Origin: Azolla caroliniana
Lineage: Eukaryota; Plantae; Polypodiophyta
Reading direction: 5' to 3'
DNA: 64,000 nucleotides
Assembly: GCA_043228905.1 (NCBI GenBank)
Contig: JBHGNT010000004.1
Coordinates: 14,384,001 to 14,448,000, forward strand
The notes under the pieces: generated by a model
Databases searched by the model: none
Told to the model about the DNA's origin: nothing
The model's input: only the letters and a program-made list of their open reading frames with translations
Shown: positions 11,501 to 22,099 of the stretch, piece after piece
Layout: each line of letters opens with the position of its first letter
How positions within the stretch are numbered: the stretch's first letter is position 1
Program-made: the position numbers and the translations under genes

Positions 11501-12311
11501 CGCACAGTTCGGTAATCGGGTTCATGCCGGCTGAGCTTATGTTCAGACAGAAGCTGATCATGCCAACAGAGCGAACGATCTCCTCGTGGGCCACGGTGGA
11601 CTGGAGGGATGAGATGAGCCGGGAGAAACTGTTGGCGGCGCGGATTCGACAGCTCGAGCGGAGAGCGGAGGACATAGAGCGAGCCGCGGAGAAACTTCGG
11701 GTAGCAAGGATAAGGGACAAAGCCCGGTTCGACCGAACACACCGGCTCCGGCCAATGAAGATCGAGGAAGGCGACTAGGTGCTAGTCTACGACAGCAACC
11801 TCGACAATCAGCACAGGGCCACGCAGAAGTTTGCGAGGAGGTGGTTCGGGCCTTACGTAGTAACAGGCGCCAACGGCAATGGGACGTACCATCTCGCGGA
11901 GCTCGATGGTACGAGAATGGCGATACCAGTAGCGGGGAAGAGGATCAAAGCGTTCAAGAAACGACACGACGGTGAGCCGGAGCTGGGGGCATGGACAGCG
12001 ACGACGAGCAGCCCGAGGCGGAGGATGAACCGGTAAACTAGGAAGGCGACTAGGTGCTAGTCTACGACAGCAGCCTCGACAATCAGCACAGGGCCACGCA
12101 GAAGTTTGCGAGGAGGTGGTTCGGGCCTTACGTAGTAACAGGCGCCAACGGCAATGGGACGTACCATCTCGCGGAGCTCGACGGTACGAGAATGGCGATA
12201 CCAGTAGCGGGGAAGAGGATCAAAGCGTTCAAGAAACGACACGACGGTGAGCCGGAGCTGGGGGCATGGATAGCAACGACGAGCAGCCCGAGGCGGAGGA
12301 TGAACCGGTAA
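8581..12311 (+). pseudogene. Element B RT-RNase H-integrase (in the -1 frame relative to gag-PR; disrupted)
   Basis: Frame is open from 8581 to 10101 with the FLDD RT motif; IDTSPTGIG RNase H motif; HHCC/DDE integrase remnants; several TAG/TGA stops. Confidence 0.9.
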
Positions 12312-12314
12312 ACT
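11765..12314 (+). repeat. 275-bp tandem duplication of the integrase C-terminus
   Basis: ORFs 11779-12036 and 12054-12311 are near-identical at offset 275; AGGAA microhomology at 11765, 12040 and 12315. Confidence 0.95.
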
Positions 12315-12398
12315 AGGAATAAAAGCAAGGATCGGTTTTCTCCCGTAGGAACCCAATTTTGGCGCATACCGGTGGATGCGCGGTTAGGTGGGGGCGGA

Positions 12399-13068
12399 TG
12401 TCATGGAGAAAACCGTCCCCAGGCGCAAACCGTGTATAGTGTGTGTGAACCGGCCCTTACACGTGGGTACGCCCCTTGTTGTATAGTAGATAGGTAGGCA
12501 CAAAGGTCAAATCCTAGGTAGCAATATTCTATAGGGGAAAATCGAGGGGTATCTCTGTCTGAAAGGACAGAGAATTAATGTGATGTAAACGGGTGAAGCG
12601 GCCTCCCTCCTTGAGCTAAAAAAGAGAGGGAGACGGGGGAGAGAGGGGATCGCTCGCTAGAGGGGACGAAGTGTTGTCGGACTGGGACCGAGCTCTTCTT
12701 CTCTGTCGTTCTCCATAGCTTTCTTTTGCGCAGGTTCTCAGGAGGCTGATCCTGCTCCGTGGAACGCCCGTGTGCTTCCGGCAGAATCTCCATCTTGCTC
12801 TCCTGTGTGCGTGGGTGATCAGGCGCCAGCATCCATCTCGTCAACCTGGTCGGCTGTAACCGTTCGAGTCGTCTGAATACATTTATATACATACGCTAGT
12901 GTTCTCAACTCGTGTCTCCTGTGTTGTTGGGCCGTGTCCCCGTGCACTTCTTTGTCTATACGTGCGTGAGCGTCTCTCTCTCTCTCTCTCTCTCTTCTCA
13001 CCTATTCCTCGGTCCAAGACCCCAGTGGTCCCGCCTTGTTCTCCACGCACGTGGGTAACAACGCAACA
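12399..13068 (+). repeat. Element B 3' LTR
   Basis: Direct repeat of 5735-6426 with a shorter (CT)n tract. Confidence 0.95.
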
Positions 13069-13368
13069 GCGTAACCCTTCATGCATTGTACATGTGCCGC
13101 CTTCATCCTGACCATCTCCTTGGTCATCAAACTTCCTCCGATCGGCCTTTCTCGTCTCATGTGTGCCTTTCCTCATGCTCACTAGCCTCGACCGGGTGTC
13201 GCGGCTCGTCTGCTTCAACCTACGGCTAGGTCGGCTCAACTTCTTTCTGGATCGGCCTCAACCAATCAACTTCTTCCTTGATCGGCCTTCGTCCGGATTT
13301 GCATTCAGCCAAATCAGACTCAAACGAACGACTTTCATCCGGGTTTCGGTTGGGTCGGGCCTGGTTGA

Positions 13369-15118
13369 TCAGTTCCCATTCGGGTTGGCTTCCGTTCGGG
13401 TCGGAATACCAACCGTGTCAATCTTCCATCCCGGTTGTCTTCTGGTTCTTCCTTTCTTGCTGCTCTCGGGCTCTTCATCGAACTCTATTGTAGCTTTGTT
13501 CTTGGCCTCCTTGTTGGTCATCGTTCCTCCGTATGGGCTGGCTTTGGCTCTCATTTCCTCGCCGCCACCTTCCATCTCTCCGATCTTATGTTGGCCCTCG
13601 GACACAACTGTCGAAGTCTCCAGAACCTATGTGGAGGGATCCCTTCGTCTATGGTCATTCACCTCGTCATCCTCGTCACCGTTTCGGTCCTTCAATTTCC
13701 TATCTCCACCTTTCGTCTCTCCGGTCTCACATTGGCAATCGGGCACAACTGTCGAAGTCTCAGGAACAATTGTGGGGAGAACCTCAGCACCATCGGTCAC
13801 CGTCTTCTCATCCATAGCCATCTTTCGCTCAATGTTGTTATTCGCATTGTCTTCAATATTTTCTTCCCCACCACTTTCTGTCTCTTGGGTCTCATGTTGA
13901 CTCTCAGACGCAACTACCCAAGTCTTTAGATCAAGTGTTGGGAAAGTCTCGACACAGTCATCCGCCATAGACTCATCCATAGCCATCTATGACTCGATTT
14001 TGTTCCTCGTGGCTACCGCCTCAATCACGTCAACCTTGCACTCTTTACATCCCTCGATCACACAAGCTTTGCTCATGCTTGCACCTTCATTACTCGATGT
14101 TTCCGACACGATGCGTGTTCCAAAACATTTGTCCTCGCTTGAAGTGGCGTTCGTCATCCTCGATTCATTGGTTTCATTCTTCGTCGTTGTTTCTTTGCAA
14201 GACGAGAGGGTGTCTTGTTCCACACCTTATCTCGTGGTACCATCGTGGTACCAAACTTGGGCATTCATCTTGGCCACTTCATTAACCCGCATTCGTTGGG
14301 AGGTCTCTTCTTCCTCGATCACCATCTACTTCAGTTTTTGCTCCTTTTGAAGCTTCTCTTCAGCCTCAACTTGCTCCATTAAGTTCTCAAATGCCTCTCT
14401 CATAAAGACTTCTATGTTGAGTATCAAATCTTCCCTCTTCGAGCTTTCTTCCTTCAGTGGTGGTGTATTGCCACATCCAATTCTCCTTTGAACATCCCTC
14501 ATGGGTTGTGTTGTTGTCGATGAGAATCTCATCTTCCTCTCATCGTGTTGTCGGCATACCCTTTCCACTCTCGCCCAATCCTTGATGAGGCCATTGACCA
14601 TCGTCATCCTCGAGTTGGATTCCAATGGCCTTCCTTTCATTCCGATCGATTGACTTTACAAATAGTAGAACTTTATTCACCCCTACCAATGTTTGATCCC
14701 GCTCTGAGAGTTGAGCAAAGCGACACTCAAACTCAACGAACGCATCCGTGGCATATTGGTCAAACTTGTACAAACTTTGTCCCTTCGGTCTCTCGTAGCC
14801 ATATGCCTCCAATAGAGCCTCCTTGAAAGTCACCCACGAATCATGAGCTTCTTGAAGCTCTTTTACCTCTTTGTAGTTCGGTTCAGCCACCACCCGACAA
14901 AAGTACTCCAGTCTCATAGCTTCTTTTACACCTCTCGAATCCATCTCGGCATTGTAAGTGTCTAGAAAATTTTGGACTATGCCCCCGTCGAAATAGCCGA
15001 CTCGCTCGACCACGCTTTCGACGGCTTGTTGGGCCGCATCTCGTCTTTTACTTTCTCTCAAAAATTCCATCATCATCTTCAACACTGCCTTCATGAGATA
15101 TTCCTCGTCTATCTTCAT
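13369..15118 (-). pseudogene. Element C gag-like ORF followed by an acidic low-complexity extension
   Basis: AVESVVERVGYFDG...RLEYF...VLLFVKSID aligns by eye with B gag AIEAVVGTIGRFSG...RLAGF...VLLFVKSVD. No PR, RT or INT motifs follow. Confidence 0.7.
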
Positions 15119-15156
15119 CCTCCCCTGCCACTCTTCACGTCGGGTTCACCAAAAGA

Positions 15157-15793
15157 TGTCACGAAGATGCGCATGCATGCGGGCTTCGCTTGAACGGGAC
15201 CACTGGGGTCTTGGACCAAGGAGTTATTGAGAAGAGGATGATGTGAATGTACGATTTGGGGAAACAATGAGCACTGCACTTGAGAAGATCGGAAATTTTT
15301 ACACTCGAGAAGAAGATCAACAAGAATAATGAGAAGAAGATTATTATATTTATGGTGATAGTGATGATGATAATATCACATATTGAGCCCCCCCTTTACA
15401 CAAGCCTTACGAGGGTTTTTATAGGTCTATCCATGCTTCTAACATGCACAAAACCATGGGCTTGGACCCATGGTTTTTGGGCACACGGTTTTTCTTGTGG
15501 CATGCACAAAACCATAGGCTTGGTACATGGTTTTGTGCACACGGATTTGTATGGTTGTTTTCCTATGCTTTTTGAATATGAAAAAAAATACATAACATTG
15601 AAAGTAGCCCTAATGGTAAGATAAATGTCTTCTATCTTGGATGTGCAAGGTTTAAATCTTACTTGCACCCCTTTATATGCACTCGAATGCCACTAGGACC
15701 TAGGATAATTTTCATATTTATAATCATTTGTGTAATGTGTGTGGAACTATACTATTTCACAATTTCTCCCATTGGATACGCAACATCACGACA
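15157..15793 (-). repeat. Element C 5' LTR
   Basis: Lies 5 nt from the tRNA-Trp PBS; TGTC...GACA termini. Confidence 0.85.
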
Positions 15794-16346
15794 ACGCGTG
15801 AACGGGTGTGTGCACGGATGCACACAAACTTAAGTCTTTGTGTACAAACATATGTAAATAGCATAAGACTAGTAAGTACTAGGGAGTAGGATTTAATAGG
15901 TACTTTAAAGACCTGCACAAATAGAGAGGGTACGGGAATTTCACATGAAGAAATTGGGGAGAATCTTTACCCTTGATCACGATGTAACGGTCTCCCCTTG
16001 TGCTATAAAAGGGGAGGCTTGGGCCTGTTTAGGGTATTTGAGATTTGGAGGACGAAGTGTTGTCAGTTTGAGTCCCAGGCTCTCTCTCTCTCCCTCCTCT
16101 CTATGTGTCGTGCGTTGTACTGATTCGAGGAAGAAGTTGAAGCCTCTGCTCACGCTGGAAGTCGTGTGCTCCCGACTAGAGGTTCATCATTCTGTGCATG
16201 TGTGGGTGTGCGCAGCTCGCAGCTTTGTTGCCAGCTGAGTCCAGTTGTAATCTCGTCTTCTCTGATAATCGTTAGTATTTTGCCGAGTCTTTCCTTGGGT
16301 ACGGGCATTACCGTGTTGTTCCTTCTTGCTTTTGTTGCGTGTGTGT
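15794..16346 (+). repeat. Element A 3' LTR, segment 2
   Basis: Shares motifs with the B LTR (GATGTAAC, CTATAAAAG, GGACGAAGTGTTGTC). Confidence 0.7.
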
Positions 16347-16649
16347 TGTTAAGGAAACGTGAAGAAGGCACTCGGGCTCTTCTTATGTGTGCGGCAGATC
16401 GTGGTGTGCTGGATCGTTTGGTGCTCAAACACAAAAGGGAAGGGGGAAGGAGACTTACCTCTGTAGCAGCCAAAACTTCTTCTATTTCATTACACGCGGA
16501 GCTCTACTTGCTCTCGTCTGTTTCTCTCTTTTTGCTCTCACTCTCTGAGTTCTACCTCTCTATCTTCACTCTCTCTCTCAGAGTTCTACTTCCTGTATAT
16601 CTTGCTTACTTACCTACTCTCTTACTTTTTACCTAAGTAATAAGTTACT

Positions 16650-16745
16650 TACGTATGCAGCTAATTAGCTGTCAGTCGCTAATTAGCTGTCAGTAGCTAA
16701 TTAGCTATTTCTCCTTTATGTTCACAAGTAGCTAAATAGCTACTA
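16650..16745. repeat. AGCT-rich 18-bp tandem repeat in the copia 3' LTR (expanded at 21618-21790 in the 5' LTR)
   Basis: Units of AGCTGTCAGT(A/C)GCTAA(T/A)T; LTR lengths are 451 vs 541 bp. Confidence 0.85.
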
Positions 16746-16815
16746 TAGCTTATTTCCTAATAAGCATCACATACCATGTTGAGCTTGCTTCTCAACACTC
16801 CCCGTCAAGCTCAAC

Positions 16816-19800
16816 TTATCCTTTCTTGGGGTTATCTACCACTTCTTTTCCATGATGCTTTTCAGCCATCATATCAGTGTCTACAACTCCCATCATGTTC
16901 CGAAACTGTGTATGCTTTTCCACACTCAATCCCTTTGTGAGAATATCAGCAACCTGCTGATTTGTATTCACATACACCAGATCAACTTCTCCTTCAATCA
17001 CTTTTTCTCTAACAAAGTGATAATGCACTTCAATGTGCTTTGTTCTTGCATGGAACACTGGGTTTTTTCCAAACTGAATGTTGCTCATATTGTCACACCA
17101 GATTGTGACAGTACCATCTATATACTCTCCCAAATCAGCAAGCAATCTTCTGATCCATACCTCTTCACAAGTGGCTATGGCAGCTCCTCTGTACTCAGCT
17201 TCAGTACTAGACAATGCAACAGTAGCTTGTTTCTTGCTACTCCATGAAATACCTGCACTTCCCAATGTAAAGATATATCCACTTGTGGATCTTCTATCTG
17301 TTTGGCTTCCAGCCCAATCAGCATTTGTATATCCTTCCAGATTTATGTCCAAATCAGCCCTGTAAAACAATCCATAGTTCTAAGTAGCTTTTACATACCT
17401 CAGAATTCTTCTAATGCAGTCCAAATGCGGCTTTGTTGGCTGTTGCATAAATTGGCTGACTAATCCAACTGCATAACTCAAATCAGGTCTTGTTATGGTC
17501 AAATAAATAAGGCTGCCCACCATAGACCTGTACATGTTTACATCTTCTATTTTGGCTCCCAAATCAGCCCTCAATTTGCAGTTTTTATCTAGTGGTACTC
17601 CAATAGGTTTGCATCCGAGCATACCATACTTTTTCAACATAGTTGTTGCATATTGTCTTTGCAACACACATATACCATTTTCAGATCTGATGATTTCAAT
17701 ACCCAAAAAATATCTCAGATCTCCCAAATCTTTCATATGAAATTTCATTTCCAAATTTCTTTTCAGCTTACTTATTTCATCCATGAAATCACCTCCAATG
17801 ATGAGATCATCAACATAAATCAGAATCACAACAATACAATCATCTTTCCTTTTAACATACAATGAGGAATCAGCCTTTGACATTTTGAAGTCAAGTTTTT
17901 TCAGATAATCTGAAAGTTCTCTGTGTCATGCTCTTGGTGCCTGTTTCAGTCCATAGAGAGTCTTTTTCAGCTTACATACATAATCTGGATGCTTCCTATC
18001 TTCAAAACCTGGTGGTTGACACATATACACTTCTTCTTCCAAGTTACCATGTAAGAAGGCATTTTTTACATCCATATGATGAAGAAACCATCTTCTGGCT
18101 GCACCTACAGCCAGTAATGTCCTCAATGTTGCCATCTTTGCAACCGGTGCAAATGTCTCATCATAATCAATTCCTTGCATTTGGGCATATCCCTTTGCAA
18201 CCAATCTTGCTTTATGTCTACTTACATTCCCACTGGAATCATGCTTTGTCTTGTAGACCCATTTGCAACCTACCACATTTTTTTCTTTTGGTAACTTCAC
18301 CAAATCCCATGTTCTGTTTTCAGCCAATGCATCAATCTCTTCTTGCATTGCATCCACCCATTTCTTCTCAGTTTTAGCCTCATCAAAACTACTTGGATCA
18401 GGGATCTGTACCACCTTAGACATATATGCATAATGCATAGCCATATATGTATCATAACCAAATCTTTCAACAGTTTTTTTCACTCTATCTGATCTTCTCA
18501 GTTTATGATTTGCATCCTTCAATGCTTTTTCCATACCAAGAATTTTCAATCCTCTTATACCAAGGAGATCATCCAATGACACATCTGAATCCTCATCTTT
18601 CATGTTTTTAGGCAAGTCATCCAACATTTCATACTCTGGCATTTTCTGTTTTCCTTTTTTATCATCACATTTTTTGTGTCCTCCACTTTTTCCACTCCAA
18701 GAATTCTAATCAGATTTACCATCTGAGCTTTTTGATGGTCCCGAACATTCTGTTGATGTTGGACTTTGCTATCCAACCTTGCTTCCATCTCTGTGGCAGT
18801 CTTCTACATTTTCAGATTTGTCTCTGTCTTCAATCTCATTGTCTTCATCAGTCTCTAGATTCTGTTTTGGACTATACCAGTTGGCTAACTCATCAAAGAT
18901 TACATCCCTACTTGTCACAATCTTCCTTGTTACAGGGTTATAGCATCTATACCCTTTTTGTTCTTCTGAATAGCCAACAAAAATACATTTTTCTGCCTTT
19001 GGATCCAACTTACTTCTTACTTCTGCAGGCACATGTACATATGCAAGGCATCCAAACACTTTTAAGTGTTCTAGACTAGGTTTCCTTCCATAGAAACACT
19101 CTTCAGGAGTTGCTTCATGTACTCCCAATGTTATACATCTATTTAGAATATAATTTGTTGTATTTACAACTGCTGCCCAATAGTACAATGGCATATTCTT
19201 CTCTATCATCAAAGCCCTTGCAATGTTCACCAATGTTCTGTTTTTCCTCTCAACAACTCCATTTTGTTGTGGAGTATATCTACATGTGAACTGTCTTCTT
19301 ATTCCCTGATTGCATAGAAAATCAGAAAATTCATTGGAGAAATACTCTCCTCCTCCATCAGATCTTAAACATTTTATTCTTGTACCTGCCTGCTTTTCTA
19401 CCATGCATTTAAACTTATGAAAACATTCAAACACTTCACTTTTCTCTTTCATGAAATACACCCATGTTTTCCTTGAGCAATCATCAATAAAAGTTACATA
19501 GAATCTGCAGCCACCAATAGATGCATTCTTAGTTGGTCCCCATACATCCGTATGTACCAAATCCAACAGATTTTTACTTACATGTCTTTCATGATGGAAT
19601 GGCAACGTATTTTGCTTTCCATATTGACATGCTTCACATATCTTTCCCATTTCACAATTTTTCAGTTTTGGCAGTCCAGCCACTGCATCTTTTCTCAACA
19701 TATTCTTTAGGGTTTGCATACTTATGTGGCCAATCCTTTTATGCCACATTTCCACATCTGAGACTACACTCATTCCATTTGCAAACAAAGTTGAAATCTG

Positions 19801-21179
19801 TCTAGGCATGTCAACATCCAAAATAAACATTCTTCCTTGTCATTTTCCTTTTGCAATGAGCTTCCCATTCTTTTCTATATAGCATCCACTTTGCTTAAAC
19901 TTTACTTGCATACCTTGCTCTACTATCTGTCCAACAGAAATCAGATTCTTAGCAAGATTTGGAACATGCATTACATTCAACATATACTTAGTCTTTCCTT
20001 TTTCTTCCCACAATGGGATATCTCCAACATGTTCTATTTGGTGAGTATTATTATCACCCGTCTGTACATAGCCAGGAATCTCTAGTTCTCTCAACCTTTC
20101 AAACCAGTTTGCATGTCCAGTCATATGGTTAGATGCCCCCGAGTCTACATACCATGTAAACTCTTCATTACATTTCTGTGAGCTTTCAGCCACTGCTGCT
20201 ATCTCATGTTGTACCACAAATGCACCATCTTTTTCACAATCTTCACTAGTTTGGGCATAGTTATTCTGCTGTCTCTTTCCTCTTTTCTCATCATTTTGCT
20301 TCTTGTAACATTCAGCATGTGTGTGGCCTGGTTTTCCACAATACCAACAACCATCATCATTTATATATGTTTGCTTACCTCTACCTTGGTTGCTCCCCCT
20401 GCCTCTGTTGTTGTTTCTTCCTCTAATGGTTTGTTGTCCTCTTCCTTGATAACTATTATTGTTGGTTCTTGCTGAGCCAAATCTTCCATGGCCTCTTCCT
20501 CGGCCTCTTCCGGCACTATTATATAGGGCTTGCCCCTCATTCTCAAGATTTCCTTTATTTACATCATCCATCTGATTCCTTTCTTCTACTACAAGCATTG
20601 AAACCAAATCTGGAAAACTTGGGATACTATCCCTTGTAAGCATAAAGGTTTTAAAGCTTTTGTATTGAGGTCCCAAGCCTCTCAAGCATATTTCTACCTT
20701 ATCATCATCTTCTATCTTTACATTGATAGAAGCAAGTGATTCACATATGCTCTTTATTTTTTCAAGGCATACTCATTTATTGACATCTTACCTTTTTCTA
20801 AGGTATTTAGCTCAGTCTTCAACTGAAGCTTTCTAGCTTTTGTGTTTACTGCAAACAGTTTTACTAAACTGTCCCAAGCTTCTTTTGGAAGCATAGCATC
20901 CTGTATGTGCCCAAGCATCGAATCTGAGATGCTAAGTGAGAGCCAATGCATTACCTTCCTTACCCCTTGATTCCAATCTTTGAATGCTTTAATCTGTGCT
21001 GCTGTGGCATTTTCTTCTGGGATCTCCGGAGCCTCTTCTAGGTCTCCTTCAATGTAATCCCAGTATCCTTTCCCCATCAGGAAGTTTGTCATTCTAAATT
21101 TCCACGCCGGGAAATTGTTTTTATCTAGTTTCTCTGTAACTATTTGGCCCGCATTCTCTGCAGCCATTATCTCTTCCAA
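16816..21179 (-). pseudogene. Copia G gag-pol polyprotein (a few stops and frameshifts)
   Basis: Gag, zinc knuckle CWYCGKPGHTHAEC, protease WYVDSGASNHM, integrase VHTDVWGP...LRSDGGGE, RT YVDD, RNase H ADWAG...EAEY, in copia order. Confidence 0.95.
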
Positions 21180-21847
21180 ACTAGGTTTTCTGTTACAATT
21201 ACTTCAACAAGTAACTTTCTGATTCAGATCAGCAACCAGAGAAATACCTTTCTCAGTTCAATGCACTTCTGTACTCTTCTTTATGAGCAACTCTGCTCTG
21301 ATACCATGTTAAGGAAACGTGAAGAAGGCACTCGGGCTCTTCTTATGTGCGCGGCAGATCGTGGTGTGCTGGATCGTTTGGTGCTCAAACACAGAAGGGA
21401 AGGGGGAAGGAGACTTACCTCTGTAGCAGCCAAAACTTCTTCTATTTCATTACACGCGGAGCTCTACTTGCTCTCGTCTGTTTCTCTCTTTTTGCTCTCA
21501 CTCTCTGAGTTCTACCTCTCTATCTTCACTCTCTCTCTCAGAGTTCTACTTCCTGTATATCTTGCTTACTTACCTACTCTCTTACTTTTTACCTAAGTAA
21601 TAAGTTACTTACGTATGCAGCTAATTAGCTGCCTGTAGCTAATTAGCTGTCAGTCGCTAAATAGCTGTCAGTAGCTAATTAGCTGTCAGTCGCTAAATAG
21701 CTGTCAGTCGCTAAATAGTTGTCAGTAGCTAATTAGCTGTCAGTAGCTAATTAGTTGTTTCTCCTTTATGTTCACAAGTAGCTAAATAGCTACTATAGCT
21801 TATTTCCTAATAAGCATCACATACCATGTTGAGCTTGCTTCTCAACA

Positions 21848-22099
21848 TGTGTCCGTATCTGCGTGCCCGTGGGCTTATCGTTGTTGCCCGGCACCCTACC
21901 TGGAATAGTTCACTCCCTCAGTCTCGTGCGCTAACCGGCCGGTATTTGGGAATCATTCCGGATCAGGCATGCATCCAGAAACCAATCCGACAAAGCCATC
22001 CGGATTCCGACCCATTCCTTCCTACTCCCACCGGCTCCTTGGTCCGAGACCCCTGTGGTCCCACCCCGTTCTGACACATCCCTACGGAATACCGCAACA
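21848..22099 (+). repeat. Element A 3' LTR, segment 3 (U5 end)
   Basis: Carries the conserved GGTCCGAGACCCCTGTGGTCCC motif and ends CGCAACA. Confidence 0.7.

Larger units (their letters stand above)
5735..13068 (+). mobile_element. Ty3/gypsy element B, full-length (7.3 kb), non-chromovirus, tRNA-Trp PBS
   Basis: LTRs at 5735-6426 and 12399-13068 (TG..CA). PBS at 6431-6448. Domain order gag-PR then RT-RH-INT. PPT near 12386-12398. GCGT on both flanks. Confidence 0.95.
5007..15793 (-). mobile_element. Element C: gag-only, non-autonomous gypsy derivative (interrupted by B)
   Basis: LTRs at 15157-15793 and 5007-~5594 (the latter lacks its 5' ~55 bp). tRNA-Trp PBS at 15134-15151 (-). Gag-like ORF at 15118-14540 is homologous to B gag. 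Flanks are ATGCGT / ACGCGT. Confidence 0.8.
16347..21847 (-). mobile_element. Ty1/copia element G, full-length (5.5 kb), young, inserted in the LTR of A
   Basis: LTRs at 16347-16797 and 21307-21847. TSD TGTGT (16342-16346 / 21848-21852). tRNA-iMet PBS at 21295-21306 (-). PPT next to 16798. Confidence 0.97.
1..22099 (+). mobile_element. Ty3/gypsy element A (5'-truncated by the window; degenerate; hosts the TRIM, C, B and copia G)
   Basis: Fragmented RT/RNase H/integrase ORFs at 45-2473 and 4443-4888 are collinear with element B. PPT at 4949-4960. The 3' LTR starts TGTTGTG at 4961 and ends CGCAACA at 22099, split by two insertions. Confidence 0.8.

Noticed and set aside
16166-16636. Leu/Ser-rich ORF (and 21144-21596)
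   Set aside because: Runs across the copia LTR boundary through CT-rich sequence; spurious.
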